A stretch of DNA of 26,193 nucleotides, the filler included, from Halorussus marinus (GTDB lineage: Archaea > Halobacteriota > Halobacteria > Halobacteriales > Haladaptataceae): assembly GCF_004765795.1 (NCBI RefSeq). It is 9 parts of 9 records of this genome, joined end to end, with 100 filler letters (N's around TTAATTAATTAA, not from the genome) between each part and the next. Parts side by side here need not be neighbours in the genome. Positions count along the whole stretch, not along the records: positions 15,857 to 17,829 come from NZ_SBIV01000026.1; positions 17,930 to 19,843 come from NZ_ML219771.1; positions 19,944 to 21,788 come from NZ_SBIV01000029.1; positions 21,889 to 23,590 come from NZ_SBIV01000030.1; positions 23,691 to 24,926 come from NZ_SBIV01000031.1; positions 25,027 to 26,193 come from NZ_SBIV01000032.1; 3 more parts are not named here. The stretch is one strand, 5' to 3'. Position numbers and translations under genes: made by a program. Below, piece after piece: positions 15,757 to 25,103 of this stretch. Every line of letters begins with the position of its first letter. Positions within the stretch are counted from its first letter, which is position 1. The notes beneath the pieces were generated by a model. The model was given only the letters and a program-made list of their open reading frames with translations. It did no database searches and was not told the origin of the DNA.

Positions 15757-15878
15757 NNNNNNNNNNNNNNNNNNNNNNNNNNNNNNNNNNNNNNNNNNNN
15801 TTAATTAATTAANNNNNNNNNNNNNNNNNNNNNNNNNNNNNNNNNNNNNNNNNNNNACGAACGTTACTGAGTGATACC

Positions 15879-17714
15879 ATGGCAGACCGAGTTATCTTCC
15901 AGAACGACGACGCACTGAGTGAACAGAATCTCTCCCAGCAGCGAGCTCGGGAGAACAGCACCGACTACGTCGAGCGCGGCCTCACCGTCTCGGCGGACTG
16001 GTCGAACAACGAGATCGATGTCGCCGCCGGCCACGCCGTGATCAAGGACGGCGCGAACGCCTACGACGTCTTCCCTGACTCGAGGACGAACAAGGCGCTC
16101 GCGGACGGCAGTGGGATGAACTACGTGTTCTTGGTGATCGACCCGACGAACCAGGACGATGTCTCGATCCCGGTCAACGCGACTGGGTCGGCGCCGTCGT
16201 CGGCGTCGGTGCTGGTCGCGGAGGTCGACGCCGGCGCGGAGGCGGTGGTGGCGACGAATCAGGCACCGGATGCGACGTTCGGGTCTGCCGAGGCTCAGTC
16301 GTTTAGTACAGGCGAGCTATCAAACGTTGCTCGGTTCATCGAAGCTGGCACATCCCTCAGCGACATCAACGACGAACTCAGCCAACCCGGAACTGTCGTT
16401 TTCGAAGCGGGCAACCACTTCGTCAGCGACTGGATAAAGATCGGGACGAGTGACATCACTATCATCGTCGAGACAGGCGCTCACATCAAGTTCGAAGACA
16501 CGGCTTCCCCGACAATCTACACCGACGCGCAGAACACAGATCACACCTTCCTACTCTACTCGAACGGGTACGACAACGTGTCGGTGGTGAACCGTGGAAT
16601 CATCGACGGGAACAGCACGAACCACCCAAGCCCGCAGGCCGTGGTGTTCTTCGGTGGCGATAATCCCCGGTACCGGCAGGAAGCGGGCGAACTGCACGAC
16701 GTGAACGCCGGGGTGTTGTTCGTGGATAACACGAACGCCTACGCCGAGGGCGCGGCGTCGTGGTCGCTCGACCAGTACGGCGCGACCATCATCGCCGAGG
16801 GCGTCAGAAACGGCCAGTTTATCAACCCCTACGGCGCGTCAGGGCAAGAGGTCGTGGATATGAACGGGCGATGTACCGACGTGACCATCGAGGGCGTGGC
16901 GGGCCGCAACCTCTCGCAAGACCTCGTAGACATAAACGAAAGCCCGAGAACGACGGTTAAAGGGGCTGTTGCAGGCGGTGACGGGACAGTATCGCGTCTG
17001 TTGAATATCTCCGGCGACTCTGGTAAACGCTACACGAGTCGGTCGGCCCTCGGGAACTCGAACGGGTGCCAGTTAACCGGACTCTCCGGGCGCGTGAGCG
17101 GGGTCGGCGTTCGTGCGGTCGGTGGGAACCCTCTGGAGAATCTGACGGTCGAGGGGACGGTCGTGAGTACGGGCGACAACGCGGCAAAGTTCGTCCCGAA
17201 TGCGGCGAACCAGTACGACGGTTTAGAACTCCGGGGTTACTTCGAGACGACCGCGGCCACCCGTGCGATTAATCTCGGGTACGACACTCAGCAGGTCGGC
17301 TTAGACCTTGATGTGAGTGTGGCATCGGGCGGTATCGGCCTCAGCATCACCGACTGGGCGGGCGTGAGCGGTATCGCCAGAGCCAAGGACTGTGGCGGAA
17401 CCGGAATTGAATTGGTCGAAAACGTTGCGAACGCCGATAACAACACGCTCACCGTCTCAGCCATCAATAACGGCGGTGACGGCGTGGCGGTTTCAGGGTC
17501 GGCGACCCGAAACACGCTATTCGGGTTTTCGCATGGGAACACCAACGCTGACGTAAATATCGGTTCCAGTACGGTGGATACCGAGTGGTGGGGCTGGCAG
17601 GGGTCGCTCAACTACGGGGGGACGCGGAGCCTCATCAACGGGATTGGGCGGAACAGCGGCGACCCTTCAAGCGGCGGTGATTGGAACGGAAATGGCCGTG
17701 AAGGGCTGTGTTGA
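15879..17714 (+). CDS. Putative tail-fibre/tail-spike protein with a parallel beta-helix (pectin-lyase-like) region, C-terminus cut by an IS
   Basis: N-terminal virion-attachment-like domain, then Gly/Asn/Val-rich beta-helix-type repeats (NRGIIDGN; DVTIEGV; NNGGDGVAV). The last residues and the stop come from the IS end at 17704. Confidence 0.65.
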   Translation: MADRVIFQNDDALSEQNLSQQRARENSTDYVERGLTVSADWSNNEIDVAAGHAVIKDGANAYDVFPDSRTNKALADGSGMNYVFLVIDPTNQDDVSIPVNATGSAPSSASVLVAEVDAGAEAVVATNQAPDATFGSAEAQSFSTGELSNVARFIEAGTSLSDINDELSQPGTVVFEAGNHFVSDWIKIGTSDITIIVETGAHIKFEDTASPTIYTDAQNTDHTFLLYSNGYDNVSVVNRGIIDGNSTNHPSPQAVVFFGGDNPRYRQEAGELHDVNAGVLFVDNTNAYAEGAASWSLDQYGATIIAEGVRNGQFINPYGASGQEVVDMNGRCTDVTIEGVAGRNLSQDLVDINESPRTTVKGAVAGGDGTVSRLLNISGDSGKRYTSRSALGNSNGCQLTGLSGRVSGVGVRAVGGNPLENLTVEGTVVSTGDNAAKFVPNAANQYDGLELRGYFETTAATRAINLGYDTQQVGLDLDVSVASGGIGLSITDWAGVSGIARAKDCGGTGIELVENVANADNNTLTVSAINNGGDGVAVSGSATRNTLFGFSHGNTNADVNIGSSTVDTEWWGWQGSLNYGGTRSLINGIGRNSGDPSSGGDWNGNGREGLC

Positions 17715-17829
17715 ATCGCTGTAAGGCGGAGAGATTCACTGTTTGACGAAGCGTTTGATGTTATAGACGACACACATCAGCGCGATCTCGCGGAACTCAC
17801 GAAACCATGACCGCGCTCGCACGGCGAAG
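17704..17829 (-). mobile_element. Right end of an IS5-family (ISH1/ISH9-like) insertion sequence with the transposase C-terminus
   Basis: The minus strand of 17828-17736 reads FAVRARSWFREFREIALMCVVYNIKRFVKQ*, typical of haloarchaeal IS5 transposase ends. Terminal GGCTGTGTTGAA. The contig breaks 127 bp into the repeat. Confidence 0.85.
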
Positions 17830-17929
17830 NNNNNNNNNNNNNNNNNNNNNNNNNNNNNNNNNNNNNNNNNNNNTTAATTAATTAANNNNNNNNNNNNNNN
17901 NNNNNNNNNNNNNNNNNNNNNNNNNNNNN

Positions 17930-18061
17930 TTTGTAGTCATTCAAATCATCCGAGAATCCGCTGCTCGCGCGCGCCCGTCGCACCAACATAGCCCTCGCTC
18001 TGAAGTTGGTGATTTCACGGTGTAGAAGGCCGCTACTCAGACAGTAGATGGGTAGAACGCC
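17930..18061 (-). mobile_element. Probable left end of an IS (IS5-like)
   Basis: The reverse complement begins GGCGTTCTACC and ends ATGACTACAAA (a possible transposase start) at the contig edge. Its ~130-bp length fits a repeat-induced break. Confidence 0.45.
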
Positions 18062-18219
18062 GGCCGGCGTAGCAGAGATGCTCTCATTCTATACAACGAG
18101 CGCCAGCCACTTAAAGTTTTCGACAGCTCGACTGGAAATGAGAAATTGGCTGAAACGCCTGATTTCTGCACTATCGAAACACTCTTGTCCGTTGCAGTTC
18201 TAACAACGGTCAAGGAGTA

Positions 18220-18612
18220 ATGAATATGCCTGAATTCGAAGACCCCCCAGCTTCCGTGCCCGACCCGAATGACTTCGAGAGCGAGGACGTAGATATCGAT
18301 GAGCGTCTGGAACTCCGCGCCGCGTTCTCGGAAACACTCACCCAGCACGGCTTCCCCGACACGCTCGTCCTCACCCGGGAACGCGCTGAAGACATCTTCC
18401 ACGACCGCCGTATCGATCTGCTCGATCATTTGAAAGACCATGAGCCTGACTCAGTTCGCGCCCTCGCTGAGGAATTGGGATACGACAAGGGCGTCGTCAG
18501 CCGCGATCTCCAGAAACTTGCCCGGATCGATGTCATCGAATACGTCGAAGAAGGCCGCGCAAAAGCTCCCCGACTCAAGCACAACCACGTCGCCATCGAA
18601 CCAGTCGTCTAA
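18220..18612 (+). CDS. HVO_A0114-family winged-HTH DNA-binding protein (antitoxin-like)
   Basis: RRIDLLDHLKDHEPDSVRALAEELGYDKGVVSRDLQKLARIDVIEYVEEGRAKAPRL is the characteristic pattern. Confidence 0.85.
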   Translation: MNMPEFEDPPASVPDPNDFESEDVDIDERLELRAAFSETLTQHGFPDTLVLTRERAEDIFHDRRIDLLDHLKDHEPDSVRALAEELGYDKGVVSRDLQKLARIDVIEYVEEGRAKAPRLKHNHVAIEPVV

Positions 18613-18790
18613 TTTAGTTCTAGAGGCCGATCTTCCTGTCTCAACCCCTACCCTCGTGTCCGGAAACCAGGTCTCTCAACGATCCCTTCTGCCGTGTTTC
18701 TCACTACATAGCGTGTCGTAGAAAGCTTAGCAAGCTCTATCTATCCAAGTCCTGTCAGAAGGAGCGTGCAAGATACAGGGGGCATACGTA

Positions 18791-19210
18791 TCACCGGCAC
18801 CAGTTCTGTTGAAATTGGACGTGGTTAGCAGATACAAGCCTCACTTCAATCGCTTCACCTGTATTTCCGTCAGATGGACAATCGGGAATAAACGTGTACT
18901 CTCCGATATAGCCGTTGTTAGTCTTCACCCGGACGAGGGCTTTCTGTTCATCGAATATCGCTACTTTCTGTTTGTACGAATTATCGGATTGGTATGTGCC
19001 CAACTCGAACCACTCTGCATATAGTGTGTTTTCTGACATCTCATCCTCCACACTTGCCGGGAGAATCTCGATGTATAGCGACCGATTCTGTGATGTCACA
19101 TTTGATACTCCAAGGTCGACCGTGGAGGTATTTGAACTCGTACAGCCTGCAAGACTTCCGCTTATTATTCCACCAACGAGTCCGAGTACTGTGCGTCGAG
19201 AGGAGGGCAT
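18791..19210 (-). CDS. Tat lipoprotein, 139 aa, low GC
   Basis: SRRTVL twin-arginine and LAGC lipobox, a Cys pair near the C-terminus, and visibly AT-rich codons. Confidence 0.75.
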   Translation of the reverse strand: MPSSRRTVLGLVGGIISGSLAGCTSSNTSTVDLGVSNVTSQNRSLYIEILPASVEDEMSENTLYAEWFELGTYQSDNSYKQKVAIFDEQKALVRVKTNNGYIGEYTFIPDCPSDGNTGEAIEVRLVSANHVQFQQNWCR

Positions 19211-19310
19211 TTTCCGATTTTAGTAACTGTGGTATCTAATCCCTTGTGATTATCTGCTACTACTATTAAATCCGAATTCGTTTCTACTGTGCGCTCCTGT
19301 TATGTAGACG

Positions 19311-19418
19311 CTCTATATCTTGCACCGGCTTCTGTAATCATACATATATCAACACTTTATGCTCAAGTTGTACCGTGGCAAACTGGCGATGACTGTTTTT
19401 ACGACACGCTACACTACA
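19311..19418 (+). repeat. 108-bp direct repeat, identical to 19605-19712 and to the reverse complement of the end of contig 8
   Basis: CTCTATATCTTGCACCGG...GCTACACTACA occurs twice, either side of a 10-N scaffold gap (19419-19428). Confidence 0.9.
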
Positions 19419-19604
19419 NNNNNNNNNNAAATGATAGCGCAGCTTGGTATTTTCTCGGCGTTTCTATCCTCTTCGTCTTGTACTCGTTCTTCTCGCTAAT
19501 CCGGGCTTGAGAGGGACGGCATCCCATGAAACTCGCACCATAGACCGTAGGTTGATTCGGTAGAGCAAGAGTGTAACAAACGCTGCCACCGTGCTGCATA
19601 CACC

Positions 19605-19843
19605 CTCTATATCTTGCACCGGCTTCTGTAATCATACATATATCAACACTTTATGCTCAAGTTGTACCGTGGCAAACTGGCGATGACTGTTTTTACGACA
19701 CGCTACACTACACGTACTCACTGAACCACTCAGGCGCACCTGTATACTCTGCCCAGCAGCGCTGGTGGCATGGTTCGCCGCGGGGATTTGGAATCGCCTC
19801 ATCGAGATCGACCTGCTCGCCACAGAGGTCGCATTCAGCGCTG
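19605..19843 (-). repeat. 239-bp reverse-complement copy of 24688-24926 (3' end of the recombinase cassette)
   Basis: Direct comparison. The ORF track also shows the same peptide at 19632-19823 and 24633-24899. Confidence 0.92.
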
Positions 19844-19948
19844 NNNNNNNNNNNNNNNNNNNNNNNNNNNNNNNNNNNNNNNNNNNNTTAATTAATTAAN
19901 NNNNNNNNNNNNNNNNNNNNNNNNNNNNNNNNNNNNNNNNNNNTCTGT

Positions 19949-21420
<1,472 letters not shown>

Positions 21421-21622
21421 GGTTGCCGAACCACGAAGGGTTCGGTGGGTCTCTGGCGGAAGCAACTGAATGCTAAATGTCCGTCAGTTCGACGACGCCA
21501 AACCAAATCGTTGGTCGGGTGTCACCGAACTACCAGGGCTAACATCAGATCCCATCGTGTACGGCGGACCGCAGGGGTGGAATCCTCATTTCCTTCGGAC
21601 CTGAACGTTTGCTTCGATCGGT

Positions 21623-21743
21623 CTTAAACCCATCGAAGCGGGTTCGGTCCGAGATCGCGACGCGAGTTGAACGCGTCCCGAATCACGTCGTGTCGTTTGC
21701 TGCATTACGATTCGAACCGCCCTATTCATTTAAGGGCGTCGAA
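21623..21743 (-). promoter_or_regulatory. Tandem rRNA operon promoters
   Basis: Two copies of the haloarchaeal rrn promoter pattern on the minus strand: TTCGACGCCCTTAAAT (about 21743-21728) and TTCGATGGGTTTAAG (about 21637-21623). They are followed by the conserved leader (GAGGATTCCACCCCTGCGGTCCGCCG...GATCTGATGTTAGCCC). Confidence 0.75.
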
Positions 21744-21888
21744 CCGGGCCGGCCTTCGGCGGGAAGACCCCCGAAGGCTCGTGCACATNNNNNNNNNNNN
21801 NNNNNNNNNNNNNNNNNNNNNNNNNNNNNNNNTTAATTAATTAANNNNNNNNNNNNNNNNNNNNNNNNNNNNNNNNNNNNNNNNNNNN

Positions 21889-22014
21889 ACAGCGTTCGCG
21901 ACCGCGAGCGCTGAGCTCCGTGAGGCCGGGGTGGTCGCTATCGTGATCGCGATTGCGGAGGTCATCGTCCTGACCTGGATGACGCGGACGGCGTGGGAGG
22001 CGATCCGGAGATGA
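21889..22014 (+). CDS. C-terminal fragment of a small membrane protein
   Basis: Manual translation TAFATASAELREAGVVAIVIAIAEVIVLTWMTRTAWEAIRR*, with an ATGA overlap into the next gene. Confidence 0.55.
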   Translation, partial: TAFATASAELREAGVVAIVIAIAEVIVLTWMTRTAWEAIRR

Positions 22015-22469
22015 GTCAAGCACCGGACGATCCATCCGATGATGGGTCAGATGGAGGTGTTGGCCTCGTCTGGGATGCCATCTCAGACAAACCCGGATGG
22101 CTGTCGAGCCCCGAGTCGTTCGTCAGAGAGATCATCCGGAAGTTCCTCGCCCAGCGTCTGATCCAGGGCGTCATCACGATCGCGTCGTTCGTGCTGGCCG
22201 CGATCTATCGACCGTTCGAAATCGGGGCCGAGACGGTCCTCGAAGTGGCCGACATCCTCGTCGACGGGACTGCACCCGCGGGCCAGGCATTCCTCGATGC
22301 GATCGAGGGAGTCAACGCGTCAGTCGCGGCCGCGGCGGCGTCGGCAGGGCTCGCAGCACCGGTCGTGATCTGGGTGCTCTACGTCATCGAAGTCATCGCC
22401 CTGCTGTGGTTGCTCCGCGAGTTGCTCCGGTCAGTCAAGCCGTTCCTGCTGTCGTTCAACCCCCTCTAA
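22011..22469 (+). CDS. Membrane protein, 152 aa, possibly pleolipovirus VP3-like internal membrane protein
   Basis: Start MSQAPDD after GGAGG. TM - amphipathic helix - AGLAAP - TM layout; size and topology fit a VP3-like matrix protein (inference). Confidence 0.65.
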   Translation: MSQAPDDPSDDGSDGGVGLVWDAISDKPGWLSSPESFVREIIRKFLAQRLIQGVITIASFVLAAIYRPFEIGAETVLEVADILVDGTAPAGQAFLDAIEGVNASVAAAAASAGLAAPVVIWVLYVIEVIALLWLLRELLRSVKPFLLSFNPL

Positions 22470-22474
22470 CAACC

Positions 22475-22759
22475 ATGTTCGAACAACTCTCAGAGATTTG
22501 GAAGAATTACGGCCCGTCGGCACTGGTCGGCGGCATCGGAGGCTCCGTTCTTGGAGGCCTCCAGGTGTTCGACCCGGTGCTGTCGATGGCGGCCAGCGAC
22601 GGCCGGTTCTGGATCGCGGTCGGATCGCTGGCGTCGAGCCAGTTGCCCGCGCAGGTGCCGAGCCTGTCGGACCGCGCGGGGACCATCATCCTGATCGCGA
22701 TCGTCGGGACAGTGCTCGTCGGGAAAGTGTACCAGCGGTACGGACCCAGCGACTCATGA
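22475..22759 (+). CDS. Small membrane protein, 94 aa
   Basis: Start re-assigned to MFEQLSEIW; three hydrophobic segments. Confidence 0.65.
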   Translation: MFEQLSEIWKNYGPSALVGGIGGSVLGGLQVFDPVLSMAASDGRFWIAVGSLASSQLPAQVPSLSDRAGTIILIAIVGTVLVGKVYQRYGPSDS

Positions 22760-22854
22760 TTCACAACCTCACCAGACACGCGGAGAATCGGTCGCTCGCC
22801 ACGGCGGCGAGTGAACAGACGACGTTCGGGGAGGTGGTCAGGCGTGCGTCTTGA
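22756..22854 (+). CDS. Possible 32-aa coupling peptide
   Basis: ATGA overlap at its start; it carries the GGAGGTG SD of the next gene and overlaps that gene's start. Confidence 0.35.
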   Translation: MIHNLTRHAENRSLATAASEQTTFGEVVRRAS

Positions 22855-23095
22855 CGCGCCGAAGGGAACCGAGCCCAACATCCTGCGGGCGGCCAACCGG
22901 ATCGCGCTGACGCTCGGGTTCGGGCTCGCGGCAGTCATCACCGCGCTGACCGGGCCGACGCTGATGGCCGCGGTCCCGGTCCTGGCGGTGGTGTTTATCA
23001 TCGGCCAGGGGAGCGCGAACACCGAAGCGCTCGGAGACGATCGACCGTTCACCGACGAGGAGACGACGGACCCTGATGCGGGGGTGACGAACTGA
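22844..23095 (+). CDS. Small two-TM membrane protein, 83 aa
   Basis: GTG start after GGAGGTGG, two hydrophobic helices, acidic tail, TGATG overlap with the next gene. Confidence 0.65.
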   Translation: MRLDAPKGTEPNILRAANRIALTLGFGLAAVITALTGPTLMAAVPVLAVVFIIGQGSANTEALGDDRPFTDEETTDPDAGVTN

Positions 23096-23538
23096 TGGAT
23101 CGCTGGTATCTCACGGGGCCAGCCGCGCTCGGCGTGGGATGGCTCGCCTCGACGACGTTCGGGATGATGTGGTTCCTGCCGGGGGCGTTCGCGGCGATGC
23201 TCCCGGTATGGGCGTACCGGTCGCGCGGGTCGCGGACGGCCGAGCACATGGCGCGGCAGATGGCCTACGAGATGGAGGACAGCCTTCAGACGACGTTCGG
23301 CATCGCGACCGGGATCTTGCTCGCGATGATGCTGTTCGCCCAGACGCTGTTCAACGGGACGGGCGAGATGCTCGGCGTCCTCGGCAACCAGGCGGCGGGC
23401 TTCCCACTGCCGATCGCGTACTGGACGACATCGCTCGTCGGACTGGTCGGGTTCAGCTCCGAAGACATCTCGATGGAGGTGTTCGCCGGGTTCGCGCTGA
23501 TGTGCTTCGCGGTCGCCTACGCCGTCAAGAGGGGATAG
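23095..23538 (+). CDS. Polytopic membrane protein, 147 aa
   Basis: About 5 hydrophobic segments; coupled to its neighbours. Confidence 0.7.
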   Translation: MDRWYLTGPAALGVGWLASTTFGMMWFLPGAFAAMLPVWAYRSRGSRTAEHMARQMAYEMEDSLQTTFGIATGILLAMMLFAQTLFNGTGEMLGVLGNQAAGFPLPIAYWTTSLVGLVGFSSEDISMEVFAGFALMCFAVAYAVKRG

Positions 23539-23590
23539 CGATGCGGCGATCTGTTTTCGTGGGGCTGGTGGTGCTGACGCTCGTTGCGGG
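23464..23590 (+). repeat. 127-bp assembly overlap identical to 25027-25153
   Basis: Direct comparison; it joins contig 7 to contig 9. Confidence 0.92.
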
Positions 23591-23786
23591 NNNNNNNNNN
23601 NNNNNNNNNNNNNNNNNNNNNNNNNNNNNNNNNNTTAATTAATTAANNNNNNNNNNNNNNNNNNNNNNNNNNNNNNNNNNNNNNNNNNNNAGAAGTCGGA
23701 AGCGAACCCCTGCTTTCGGGGTGAATACCAGGGTGATCACCACTGTATCCTCGGGTATTTTGTGCAAGGTTATTTTAGAAGTGCAC

Positions 23787-24392
23787 ATGAGGCTCGAGGC
23801 AACCGCGAAGGAAGACGAATACAAGGTCTGGATGACAGACGGAGAACTCGAGGAACTTCGCCGTGCCGCTGCGAGTCACCGAGACGACCTTGTCATCCAG
23901 CTGGGTGGCTATGTCGGCCTCCGCGCGTTCGAAATCCCACAGATCCGACCGAAACACGTGAAACGCACCGAGGACGGCGAACACTACCGGCTACGCATCC
24001 CTGAAGGAAAAGATACCACCGGGAACGGCGGGAAACCCCGTGACGCTTACCTCCCGCAGGATGTCGAGGGAGACATTCACCGCTACCAGAACGCCGAGGA
24101 TATCGGCCGCCACGAACCACTCGTGGACCTGAGTGAGCGAGGTATCCGGGACGTCGTGAAGCGGACGGCAAAACGGGCCGCCGATGAAACAGGCGACGAC
24201 GACTTCCACTACGTCAGCAGCCACGATCTCCGCCGACGATTTGCTCAACGGCTCCTCGTAGACCGGCAGATGAATCCCCGTGTCGTGATGCAAGTCGGCG
24301 GATGGGACTCGTTCCAAGCCATTGAACCGTATCTGAATGCACCGACGCCTGGTGTCGTGAACGATGCCTTCGAGGAGGCTGATCTCGCATGA
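23787..24392 (+). CDS. Tyrosine recombinase/integrase, catalytic-domain-only type, 201 aa
   Basis: Catalytic set R (GLRAFE), K (EGKD), HxxR (SHDLRR), W (VGGW) and Y (EPYL). Start at MRLEATAKEDEYKVW. Confidence 0.9.
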   Translation: MRLEATAKEDEYKVWMTDGELEELRRAAASHRDDLVIQLGGYVGLRAFEIPQIRPKHVKRTEDGEHYRLRIPEGKDTTGNGGKPRDAYLPQDVEGDIHRYQNAEDIGRHEPLVDLSERGIRDVVKRTAKRAADETGDDDFHYVSSHDLRRRFAQRLLVDRQMNPRVVMQVGGWDSFQAIEPYLNAPTPGVVNDAFEEADLA

Positions 24393-24823
24393 GCGAAGAT
24401 GACGTCGACGAAGACGAGGTTGATCCTGAGAACCCACGTCCCCAAGGACACTACCCTCGGTTTGCGGACAACGAGTGGCATTACGTTCCCGACGAGTTGG
24501 CTCAGACAATCTCGCTTGGGCCAGCTGGCGATGGTGAGGAGGGCCAGGACTGGGTGTTGACGTACACACCCGAACGCGAACACGAGGAGGACCGAGAGAA
24601 GATACTGGTAAGGCTCACGCCACGGGCTCTCCATGAACTGTATGTTGAGACAGAGGGACTTTCAGCTGACCAGCGGATGCACGGCCACAGCGCTGAATGC
24701 GACCTCTGTGGCGAGCAGGTCGATCTCGATGAGGCGATTCCAAATCCCCGCGGCGAACCATGCCACCAGCGCTGCTGGGCAGAGTATACAGGTGCGCCTG
24801 AGTGGTTCAGTGAGTACGTGTAG
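24389..24823 (+). CDS. Hypothetical protein, 144 aa, C-terminal zinc-finger-like motif
   Basis: ATGA overlap with the recombinase; CDLC...CHQRC motif; acidic. Confidence 0.7.
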   Translation: MSEDDVDEDEVDPENPRPQGHYPRFADNEWHYVPDELAQTISLGPAGDGEEGQDWVLTYTPEREHEEDREKILVRLTPRALHELYVETEGLSADQRMHGHSAECDLCGEQVDLDEAIPNPRGEPCHQRCWAEYTGAPEWFSEYV

Positions 24824-25103
24824 TGTAGCGTGTCGTAAAAACAGTCATCGCCAGTTTGCCACGGTACAACTTGAGCATAAAGTGTTGATATATGTATGAT
24901 TACAGAAGCCGGTGCAAGATATAGAGNNNNNNNNNNNNNNNNNNNNNNNNNNNNNNNNNNNNNNNNNNNNTTAATTAATTAANNNNNNNNNNNNNNNNNN
25001 NNNNNNNNNNNNNNNNNNNNNNNNNNGACATCTCGATGGAGGTGTTCGCCGGGTTCGCGCTGATGTGCTTCGCGGTCGCCTACGCCGTCAAGAGGGGATA
25101 GCG

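Noticed and set aside
15630..15983. Apparent tandem duplication of the MADRVIFQND gene start
   Set aside because: It is exactly 127 bp at adjacent contig ends, a k-mer overlap rather than a genomic duplication. The same applies to 23464-23590 / 25027-25153.
13636..17714. Treating the tail genes, the recombinase and the membrane-virus operon as one element
   Set aside because: They are on separate contigs with no overlap linking them; their adjacency reflects size sorting only.
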